A stretch of 64,000 nt of DNA from Phoronis australis (lineage: Eukaryota; Animalia; Phoronida): positions 828,397 through 892,396 of the forward strand of contig NMRA01000057.1 in the NCBI GenBank assembly GCA_002633005.1. Direction: 5' to 3'. A program made the translations under genes and the position numbers. The notes beneath the pieces are model-generated. The model had not been told where the DNA came from, made no database searches, and worked only from the letters and a program-made list of their open reading frames with translations. Shown here piece by piece: positions 25,125-64,000 of this stretch. Within the stretch, counting starts at the first letter, position 1, and each line of letters opens with the position of its first letter.

Positions 25125-25925
25125 ATGCCACACTGTTGCTGCGTACCAGGGTGTACTAACTATCGGCTCACGCGCGCTTTGGGAGTACCTTTGCATCGCT
25201 TTCCGATGGATGACACACTTCGCCGTACTTGGCTCGTTCGTGTGAAGAACGCAGCGTTACCCGTCCACGCAACGTACAAAGCAGTGGAGAATTACCGTGT
25301 GTGTGTGTGGCAAGCACTTTCTGCCGTCCGATTACGAAAGGGATTTGTACGCTGAACTGATGAAGGTCCCTGCGAAACAACGTCTGAAGAAGGATGCCAT
25401 TACGTCTGTGTTGATTCCCGGCAGTGCCCCGTCGCCACCCCCGAGAAGTGCGTTTTTGAAGCGAGAAGCCTCACGAGCTGTGGCCAGTACAGTGACTGGA
25501 GCCAGTGGAGGCACTTCATCTACTGTCACCCGTGCCTCCGAACGTACCCCAGAGCGTGCAATTCCTGGAACCAGTAGTGATTCGCCCTGTGCTGTTTTCT
25601 CCACCCCAGAGCCTCTAAGCAGCCCTGCAGCGATATTGAGTAGTGGGAGTGATAACAGGCTCAGTTCGACACCCAGTGAAGAGGACAGTTCGTCGTCCAG
25701 TGAACAGATCGGTGAGCCAAACTTTGATAAGTTTATTGTGGACTTGTCTAAAGTGTTGGAGCTATTTAGAAGGTGCCAGGTGTGTGGCGAGGGAGTCACA
25801 CGACACGATGTAAGCAGTTTGGGTGCTCAGGTCACCATCCAGTGGGAGTGTGTCGCGGGACACTCTGGCAAGTGGGACAGTTGTTCCTCTGTCCGTGGTA
25901 TGCCGGAGGTCCACTTAACCATGTC
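25125..25925 (+). pseudogene. THAP-domain transposase N-terminal part, frameshifted at a (GT)n run and truncated before the DDE domain
   Basis: MPHCCCVPGC...LHRFP...W...YRVC / (shift near 25300) CGKHF...LKKDAITSV forms a C2CH THAP. It is followed by a Ser-rich linker and CQVCG...WECVAGH...W.S motif. Confidence 0.8.
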
Positions 25926-26222
25926 CAGTAGTGGCTTGGCCTCGTCGAACTCTGAACAGCACAAGCATTCCATTGAGGTAGGCATAACAACGCACACAGT
26001 GCATTTGCACCAAGATGTGTCACCACGTCTGTCCTCAGTAGCCGCCTCGTTTCTCTCAACAGCTGCCTGTGCCTGTGCGTACTCTGCCTCGTTATACTCG
26101 GGCTCAAACATGTACCCACCCACTGAATGTCCGTGAAAAAATTCCTCGTCACCACTGCTGTGAACAAGGTCTCCGTCACTCACACTACTGTCACTGTGAT
26201 ACGGGTCACCGACTCCAGCCAT
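25915..26222 (-). pseudogene. KolX-like / P2X7-ballast-like Cys-rich protein, N-terminal part
   Basis: aaaATGG at 26222. Acidic N-terminus, GYMFEPEY, and RRGDTSWCKCTVCVVMPTSMECLCCSE (WCxCxxC...ExxCC). The ORF reads on past the deletion junction to 25827. Confidence 0.7.
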
Positions 26223-28014
26223 TTTCAGCTTACAACACACTAAACAATCCCTAAATCCAACGTAGTTGAGTTCTCTACTAACCTATCTTGCCGCAGAATA
26301 CTCGCCGATGGAAAGTGGTGGCGTCAATTGTTGAAAAACAGCACAAAACAAAAGTAAAATAGAACAGATTCGCACGGTACAGTCAACGCAAAACCAAGTG
26401 GCGGGAAACGCTTGCCTCCTAAAACGTCACTTCCGGAGTAGCGGACGAGTAATTTATAAAATTACGAAAAGCTGTAATTAAGTGGAAAATATGTCTAGGA
26501 TAACCAACCAACCTTATTTTAGCTCAAAATNAATCCGCTACTGGCACTGGCATAATTTGAATAGTGACGTGTCACTTTTTATGTTAATGGAATATAGAAA
26601 TTTGATATCCATGAATCGTAAACAATGTATCGTAGATGTTTAAGAACGAAGACCATGGCTCTGAACGTATTCCGTGACTGGTAGTAAAAGGGCCACATTC
26701 TCAAAGATTCGAGCACTCCATTTTTAGGCTGGGTGCGCGAATGGATGATGAGCTGTTCCCGTAAACATTACAATGGGGGACAAAATCAAGTGACCACTAG
26801 ATTGAAAACTGCTCCCTTGACACTTTTTTGGTCCCCAATGGTTGATCATACATGTATTTTATGCATCTTGCCGTTACTCATTCACAAAACTTTGCGCACA
26901 TACAGGCTATAGTGGATTTCAGCAGATAAGCCAATGGGCGTGTATCATATTTTCAGGTAAACGCCCGCATGTTTATTTGGAAAGGGGGGGTGTGAAACCG
27001 AAAGTTGCTATGAAAATGTTTGCGTATTTTTTGCATGCAACTGTGTTTTTTTATTTTCAAGCTTAAGTTCGCCAAAACTGTATTCTTTGTTAACAAATGA
27101 GTATGCTCCACAAAACTAATATGTGATTACAAGTTGACACTGAATGGACTTCTAAGGTGAACTTTTCTGATGATAAACGCCCCAATGTCTGAACGCTTGA
27201 AATCTGAAGTTGTAATACCACATAAACGTCCATGGCATAGACGTTTCATTGGGTGGGTCTTTCCGTGGAAATTCCTGGCAGTGATGCATACTGCAGGAAG
27301 TGCCAGACAGTGGTGAGGTCGGAACCAGGGTTCCTTTTGCGTGGCTGCATCGGATATTTAAGAAGCCTATTGAACACCGTGCGAGCCCTGCGAGATTTTC
27401 CGAGAAAGAACAGCCTGCACGCAATATCTGGTGCACTACACTGCTCGCGAATGCGATCACCTTTCCAATTAGAGTGCCCACCATTCCTTGCCTAGGCCTA
27501 AGTTGTTAAAGGTGTATCTTTGAAACGGGCTCGCGTCCAAACTACAGCGCCTGCCACAACGTCCCTTTCAAGGGCCAAACAATTCTTCGCAAAAGGAGTT
27601 GTTCGTTTTCTAAAATAAGCACATTACATGCGCACTGTATGTTTATTGCGTACGATATCATTACTATACAGTACTGATCGAAAGTCTCTTCCTATCGAAT
27701 GCGGGTTCCAAACTGCGGTTGGACCGAGGCTAGCCCCAGTCCGGACTTCGTCAAATTCAAGTTGCAAAACGTGTGGAGCCTGTAACACCATGACAATGAG
27801 GCATGACAAATGTTGCCCGTCGATTCACCTGAATATCAGGCCGGGTTGCGATACCACAGTATTTTTCCTAATTATATGGAAACATATAGAGTTAAGACGC
27901 TAGTTAAATTAAAATCAGTTGTATGCTTTTCACTATTCAAAAATCATTGCGTTTTCATGTATCTTTTAATTGACTTTACACCACGAATGTTGCACCGCCG
28001 GGACCACCCCTAAT

Positions 28015-29840
28015 TTATTGGCAAATAAACGCTACAAGAAAAGGTAATGGTTTTCTGACAATGAAAAGCACGAAAAATGTAAAAGAACATGTATAAATAT
28101 TCAGATTCGCGATTTTAATGACGTCACAGCGCACTCGGTCCGGCCGGTGACGAGAACTGACCAAGCGAACAATCTCAAAAGACGCATAGAAGAGGTAATT
28201 GTTTTTGGAGCTGCTGGGTACGTGCCAAATGAAATTAAGCACTTGAAACTGAACGTAAAGTATATCCTTTTGAACTGGTAGCCAGTCCAAGTAAAACTTA
28301 GAAATAAACTTTATGTTTTGAGAAGCAAATAGGATCTGACTGTATTCTGTGGAATCAGCATGAAGTTGTCAACGACCACTAAGTACAAACATAGGCGAAC
28401 ATTTTGCCACTGCGAATTTTCAAAACATACTTCGATAGACCGTTGCCTGAGAGGTGGTCCCGGCGAGGAAACACTCGTGGTGTCAAGACAAGTGAACGAT
28501 GCAAGAAAACGTAATAGTTTTTGAAAAGTGAAAAGCACGAAAAACGATTCAAGACATCGATAATGTGAGCAGAAAAAGCACCCTTTGAAGAAAAAGTAAA
28601 GAAAACGTATGAAATATTCCGATTCCGCTAGTTTGATGACTGACATCACAGTGCACTCGCTCGGCCATTGACAGACCGGACCAAGTAAACCTGCAAAAAA
28701 CTCTAGTGTAAAAATTGGTAGATAACTTTCTAGAGACACGTAGAAGAGGTCATGGTTTTGTTTTAGCTGCTGGGTACATGTCAAATGGAATTAATTACTT
28801 TTCACTGGAGTCAAGTATGTCGTCTGGACCTGCATGGTAGCCAGCCCAAGTAAAACTTTAAAAAAAACACGCAAAAAGGACCTGACTGTATTCTCTGCCA
28901 TCGGGTTTCAGTTGCCAACGATCAGTAATTACAAACATAAAGAAGATTTTGCCACTGAGATTTTCGAAACATCGATAGACCGTTGCCAATGAATGAGGTG
29001 TGGTCCAGACGGCGCCACACTCGTGGTGTCAAACCAAGTGAATAATATAAGAAAATGTAATGGTTTTGAACTGGTAAAAGCACGAAAAACGATTCTAGAT
29101 ATCGAAAATGTGAACAGAAGAAGCGACCTCTGAGTGAAGAAAAAGGTGAAAAAACTTATGAAATATTCCGATTCCCCAAGCTTGATGATGTCACAGAGCA
29201 CTCGGTCCGGCTCGAGGCCTGTAGCGAGATCGGACCAAGTAAACCTGCAAACTATATTGAGCCGTAAAAATTGATTGATAACTGTCTATAGACACATAGA
29301 AAAGGTAAAAGTCTTTTGGAGCTGCTGCGTACATGTGAAATGAAATTAATTACTTTTCATTGAGTTAAGTAGGCCTATGCCGTCTGGCCACCCCGACTCT
29401 AAGTTGCTGCATAGCCAGCCAACTCAATTAAAATTTAAGAAACTTTAGGTTTTGAGACCGTAGGCCTAAATAGCATCTGACGGTATTCTGTGAAACGAAT
29501 GAGCATCAAGTTGTTAATGATAATTAATTACAAATATATAGACGAAAACTGGATTTTCAACTAAAATATCGGTAGACAGTTGATCACGCGACGGCAGCGG
29601 AGTGCCAGCGGAACTAACAGTGAAAATCACGAAAAACGGTTTCAAACATCCGGAAATTGCGAGCAGAAGAAACGGACTTTCGGAAGAAAAAGTGAACGAA
29701 CTTATGGTTCAGTACTCACCTCTGGCGATCGGGCCTGCCGCTGGGAGACCAGACCAGGCCAACAAGCAACCAAAATTACAGCATATGATCTTGAGCAGAA
29801 AAAAATTGGTTGATAACTCTCTGGAGAAAATCAGATGAAA
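28015..29840. repeat. Degenerate tandem array of ~3.5-4 units of ~520-545 bp
   Basis: Recurring cacag(c/t/a)gcactcg..ccggc...gaccaag at ~28126, ~28648, ~29192 and a more diverged copy at ~29710. Shared gcacgaaaaa, gacacatagaagaggt and gctgctgggtac blocks. Confidence 0.75.
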
Positions 29841-30585
29841 TGAGTGAAATTATATGTGAAATTTAAATGTTTGATTTGTCGGGATGTGCATTTTCGGCTC
29901 CGCGGCCAAGTCACTGCTGACTTTGTATTATCGTCTTGTTCTAAAGGATTAAAATAAATTAAAGACTTTTGTCGATCAGTGTTATTTTCATACCACATGG
30001 GGAGCTCAAGTTATAAAAAGCTCATAAAACTGAAATTTGGTTTAGAAAATTTATTCCAAGTTCAGTCACGCCCAAGATTCCGTGAGTTCACGTTAGTCTC
30101 CTGCACAGACCCTCGAGATTCCTTCACAAGCAATCCTCGACGTCAGCTTGTGAGGCCCGAGAACCAGGTTAGAGTTCACGTACATCAGTTAGTCGATAGT
30201 TGCGGTCGTTAACGCCAGGATCGCACGAAAGCCGGTCTCGCGTAATAATTTCTTTAATATACTCCTCAAAAATAGTTGAGTGACACAAAATATTGAATTA
30301 GCAGATGTTAAACAGGTGTACCAGTTCTGGTAAATCAAGTATATTAACTTCATGATTTAAATATCTTATCTCCACTGGTCATTTTTGGCAGGCAATTTTG
30401 GCGGTAGAACTTCCTTTTGTTGCTGTTAGGCCTTTCATGCTCGTGAAATTGTCTGTTGTGTTGTAAGTGTACATGTAAGTTATCAAAACATGTCTGAGTT
30501 GCACTTATTTTCGTGTCGCCTTTGTAATTATTGGCCATCTGACACGCAACCACACCATAACGTTGACTTGAGAGCTGTCACATTG

Positions 30586-30661
30586 TGATGCAATCATAGA
30601 CTATAGATACTTAAGTCTTAACGAGTATCTCTATGTCTGATGTAGTGATGAGTGATGTAAT
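30586..30661 (+). promoter_or_regulatory. Two C/EBP-ATF (CARE/AARE) motifs upstream of AARS
   Basis: TGATGCAAT at 30586-30594 and TGATGTAAT at 30653-30661. They lie just before a CpG-richer stretch and a candidate 5'UTR-exon donor (ga|gtgagc at 30733). Confidence 0.5.
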
Positions 30662-31373
30662 CGCCTGAGCTGCAGTCCACGCCTGCGACATCTTTAGTCT
30701 TGGCGCACCATTTTCTGCACCCGGTCGTCCGAGTGAGCATATGTATACCGTTTTTAAGGGTAGCGTGGTAGTGGTGGGCTTCCAGGCCTTAGCGTTTGAT
30801 AGTTTGTACCCCGTTACATTGTAACGTAGCTTGTAGGCTTGATGATTATATTTTGTTCGTCCGGGTACTACTTACAAAATTGCCTCTAAAGTTGGGTGAC
30901 GTAAACAGGTGTCCCCATTGTGACATTACATGATTTCTTCTTTATCCAACTGTGCTTAGACCTTAGTTCAGCATAAATTGGTCATTTCGTGCCACTCACG
31001 GCACAGTGTGAATATTTACTTTATGAAATGTTGGTCTTGTTTTATTGCCATATTGTGTAAATGTGTGCTCGGTGAATAGCTAAAATCATCTTATGTGGCC
31101 GACATGGTTGTTATGGGACATCTAGTAACTAGTGACCGTGCTGAAAAGTTTATCATGTGAATACCAAAAACTGGCCAATTTGGCCGACTTGTTGGGTGAA
31201 TAGCCATTATTCAGCCCAAAAATCAAGGCATCATGGGTCTTGATATTATGATTTATTAGTTATTTACAAGTTAGTGCTCATAACTGGCATCTGTCTGTGT
31301 TTTGAAGTTGAATCTTGAAACTTCTTACATGACAACTGTTCATCAAATTGTTTTGTCCTCCGTAGTTGCAACC

Positions 31374-60315
<28,942 letters not shown>

Positions 60316-61609
60316 GTGAGTGAACAATGCCAGGTTGTAGAATGAATCAATTGAGTAGTTGATCTTAGCCAGGCTTTTGGATGAATGAAGTGTTGATCAT
60401 AGACATAGAATGAATGAATGAAGTGTTGATCATGGCCATAGGATGAACGAATGATGTATTGATCATAACCATAGGATGACCAAATGACGTGTTGATCATA
60501 GCCATAGGATAAAAGAATGTCGTGTTGATCATAGCCATANTTATGTTTTACCTCTTCATCTTTGGAATTCATTGGTGGATTTTTATGAAATTTGGAAAAT
60601 TGGTTTGTATTTAGGAGACGACAGTGCCTTTTCATTTTTGGACGAATTCATCATATTTTGCGCCACCTGGTGGTCATTATCTTTCGTGTCCATTGTCTAT
60701 TGTTGGCATCCATCTTTTTATTCACCCAACTGCTTAAAGGGTCATTATCATTCCTAATGAGAAGATCATAAGTGACATCGATTTTTGGATAGGGTTGACA
60801 GGTGTGTTGCCCTCTTGTGGTGATTTTGTATTTTTTGCGACTGGCTGTAGCCCCCGATTCCTTTGCAGGATCTTTGTGAACTTCTGTAGGTGTTTCCCTA
60901 TTGATTTGACAATGGCTGCCCTCTAGTATCAATTTTTTATGTATGCCGCCGTATCTTCAGTTTCTTGACTTTTTATAAAACTTGGCAGACAATTTCTATT
61001 ATGAAGACAGCGACAGATTCATTTTGAGATGAATTCAACTTATTCTGCGCCATCTAATGGTCATTTTAATTATTGCTGAGTCTGTTCTTCGTCAATTTTA
61101 AATTGTTCTGGGGTGCCATTTGAATGAAAGATGAAATGACATAATTTTTGCATGTGGATTCTCTTAAGAATACTTTTTCAAATGAACTGTAACATTTTTT
61201 GTCAAACTTACCGTTTTTGAGTTATTTGGCTTTCAATTTCAAAAAATGCAAAATTTGAATTTTTTTGTAAAAATTTTTTTGAAACCACTTTTTCAGATGG
61301 GCTTTTTTTAAATGGGCTTTCAGAAGATGATTTCCATTTTTCGCTAGGACGTCACGTTTTCAAATTATTCCGGATTTTCTGATGATGCTGCTCCTTTGTT
61401 GATGGATATTTGCTGCACTTTTGTTTTTTTACCTTCTGTGTACCCAGGTCTGCATTTCTTACTCATTTCTGACATCTTCATGTGTACGATGTGTTTGACA
61501 AATGACCAAATGTGCTCCATGTAGAATGATAAAGTTATCTCTTAACTATAAATGTGCCCTGAATGTAGAATGATAAGTTTCGTGAAATGCTCTTTTTGAT
61601 GTGTTCCAG

Positions 61610-61723
61610 GCTCTCGATGCAGCCATGAAGCAGTTCAAGGTGTCCTCCCCTGAGACTGCCGCCATGTTTTTCTCAGTAGATGAGGACGCTAGTAAGATCA
61701 TCTGTATGAGCAATGTACCTAAA
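61610..61723 (+). CDS. AARS1: Identical second copy of AARS exon 20 (probable assembly/haplotype duplication)
   Basis: 59847-60539 is repeated at offset 1408 (61255-61947); the copies are separated by the N at 60540. Confidence 0.6.
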
Positions 61724-61789
61724 GTGAGTGAACAATGCCAGGTTGTAGAATGAATCAATTGAGTAGTTGATCTTAGCCAGGCTTTTGGA

Positions 61790-62690
61790 TGAATGAAGTG
61801 TTGATCATAGACATAGAATGAATGAATGAAGTGTTGATCATGGCCATAGGATGAACGAATGATGTATTGATCATAACCATAGGATGACCAAATGACGTGT
61901 TGATCATAGCCATAGGATAAAAGAATGTCGTGTTGATCATAGCCATAGGATGAATGAATGAAGTGTTGGTCAGAGCCATAGGATGAACGAATGAAGTGTT
62001 GATCTTACCCAATGGATGTAATACTATAAAGTGTTGTTCATAGCCATAGGACGAATGCATGACATGTTGATCATTGATATAGGATGAACAAATAAATTAT
62101 CATAGCCAATGGATGTATGAATTAAGTGTTGTTCATAGCCATAGGATAAAAGAATGACATGTTGATCATAGCCGTAGGATGAACGAATGACGTGTTGATC
62201 ATAATCATAGGATGAAAGATTGACGTGTTGATCATAGCCATAGGATGAATGAATGAAGTGTTGTTCATAGCCATAGAATGAACAAAGGACGTGTTTGTCG
62301 TAGCCATAAGATGAACAAATGACGTTTTGATCAAAGCCATAGGATGAAAGAATAACGTGTTAATCATAGCCATAGGATGAATGAATGAAATGTTGATCAT
62401 GGCCATTGGGTGTATGAATGACGTGTTGATCATAGCCATTGGATGAATGAACTACGTGTTGATCATAGCCATAGGATGAATGAAGTGTTGATCATAACCA
62501 CAGGATGAATAAACGAAGTGTTGATCATAGCCATAGGATGAATGAATGACATGTTGATCATAGTCATAGGATGAATGAATGACATGTTGATCATAGCCAT
62601 AGGATGAATGAATGACATGTTGATCATAGCCATACAATGACTGAATGAAGTGTTGATAATAACCATAAAGTGTTGATCATAGTCATAGCG
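61790..62690. repeat. ~31-bp minisatellite (gtgttgatcatagccataggatgaatgaatga) after exon 20; also at 60380-60539
   Basis: Direct reading of the sequence. Confidence 0.9.
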
Positions 62691-63943
62691 TACTGGTGAA
62701 TGATAGCAGTGGATGCAGTGCCCGGCGCTGCAAAAAGAGTTATTGGGTGATATCAGTCCAGGGCCCTCAATCCCTTGATTTTAGGACTGAATATTGGCCC
62801 CATTCCTCTCTGAAAATATGTGAAAATAATTCTAGTCTCTACGCCTCTCAAGTGATTAAAAAATTCCTCTCAAGGTTTGACTTACTTCTAACACACACAG
62901 GTGACGATTTGCAACAGCACAAAATGTTATATTTTGGCTGCCTATGTGGGCAAGCGAAAGGGGTGGGGAAGCTATTGATGCAGACTGGGGCCGGCAGAAT
63001 TTTCCCCTCATCCAAAAAATCCCTTCTCAGAAGGCACAGGCACTTTTCCCTCAGGTGAAAGAGTGCCTTGTAAGTGTATGAAGAGTTTTGTGTCATTCTA
63101 AATTATTTCAATAACCAAGTAGCTTTACTAAGCAAACAAGCCAGGACATGGCTTCAGACTTCTCGTTAAAACTGAGTTGCCAGGTTCTAGACACATACAG
63201 AAAACGAAAACATATTTGAAGCTGTTCAGACCTGACTTACAAACTTGTATAATGACACATCTGTTAATATTGTTGATCAAAGTAAATCAGTTGGATTGGT
63301 GTTAGCCGACATAGCAGACGATTTATTCATCCACTCCATGCCGACGACAATAGAGATAACTAGGGTTCATTAGACTATTTGACTATTTCATGCAATATAA
63401 TTAACATTGTTGTACGACCTCTTTTGTAAACGTTAACATAATAAATTGAGTAAAATTCACTGTTTCCCCACTCATTTCATCATTGTTCACTGGCGCTTTG
63501 TCATTTTAGAAAACTAATGTCTAGGTCATTGCCTCGTCCGTGACTGTATTGGTCCTTATAAGTATACCAGTTGTATTGGTCATGATTCCAACTACCAGAC
63601 ATGCCATCTTGGTCCTTAAATGTATACTATTTGTTGTGGTCATGGATGCATTTCAATGCTCTGAATTGTTCTTGTCACAAAAATTATATATATTTGAAAA
63701 AATCACAAAATTCAGTGTTACAGTCATCCGCCGTAACATGTTGTGCCGAGACAGTTTGATGAAGGTGAATGAATAAGATGAAGGATTTGCTGTTACAATA
63801 TGGAGTTGGTCAGGAACCGGGCAATTTACTGATGACCGAGTGGCAATTTCTAGTTTGGAGAAATTATATCAGGGCCTCATTTTTGTTCAGGAGGGGCTCC
63901 CATAACTGAGCAAGGTGTTTTTATGTGCCCTAGTTATTGAATA

Positions 63944-63949
<6 letters not shown>

Positions 63950-63982
<33 letters not shown>

Positions 63983-64000
63983 GTGTGTGCGTGCGTGCGT
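63950..64000. repeat. (GT)n/(GCGT)n microsatellite
   Basis: Direct reading of the sequence. Confidence 0.95.

Larger units (their letters stand above)
24861..26530. mobile_element. Internally deleted Kolobok-type DNA transposon with long TIRs
   Basis: TTAA|AGG left end. 24887-25018 is a near-perfect reverse complement of 26399-26530; the right end is cut by the N at 26531. Convergent THAP-transposase and KolX-like 5' parts are present; no DDE core. Confidence 0.85.

Noticed and set aside
25332-25799. 155-aa minus-strand ORF
   Set aside because: Antisense shadow of the Ser-rich transposase linker; no motif of its own.
27152-27903. GC-richer stretch with several overlapping short ORFs
   Set aside because: No consistent frame, splice structure or motif could be recognised.
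31302-31373. In-frame N-terminal extension of AARS as a mitochondrial targeting peptide
   Set aside because: Mostly upstream of the acceptor at 31365, so intronic, and it lacks Arg-rich amphipathic character.
62696-63058. ORF containing LCGQAKGVGKLLMQTG as the last AARS exon
   Set aside because: Only a superficial match to the expected GKGGG motif; no convincing acceptor or surrounding similarity. The true last exon is probably beyond 64000.

Overview
AT-rich, intron-rich animal genomic DNA (an invertebrate, inferred from repeat types and gene structure; no prokaryotic features and no CRISPR), with single-N scaffold joins at 26531, 37595 and 60540. Three plus-strand host genes were rebuilt by hand from splice signals. 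(1) The last two coding exons of an STMP1/DUF4535-like mitochondrial microprotein (1682-2447), absent from the ORF track. (2) A 6-exon, ~302-aa type-I Ig-superfamily membrane protein with CEACAM/CD2-like layout (11886-23308). (3) Cytosolic alanyl-tRNA synthetase, 20 coding exons and 906 codons (31374-60315); its last exon lies beyond the window and exon 20 appears twice across a gap. Repeats include a decayed ISL2EU-type transposon (THAP + YqaJ), a LINE interrupted by a MULE-like MITE, a Penelope GIY-YIG fragment, Helentron-type non-autonomous elements carrying CTCF-like motif arrays, and many intron-specific minisatellites. There are also two internally deleted Kolobok-type elements, each keeping a THAP start and a convergent KolX/P2X7-ballast-like start. 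The most notable observations are these paired Kolobok mini-elements (one with ETS-CRE motifs in its TIRs), tandem repeats that copy AARS splice donors (one array in frame), co-oriented CTCF-like arrays in AARS introns, and ATF4-type CARE motifs upstream of AARS.
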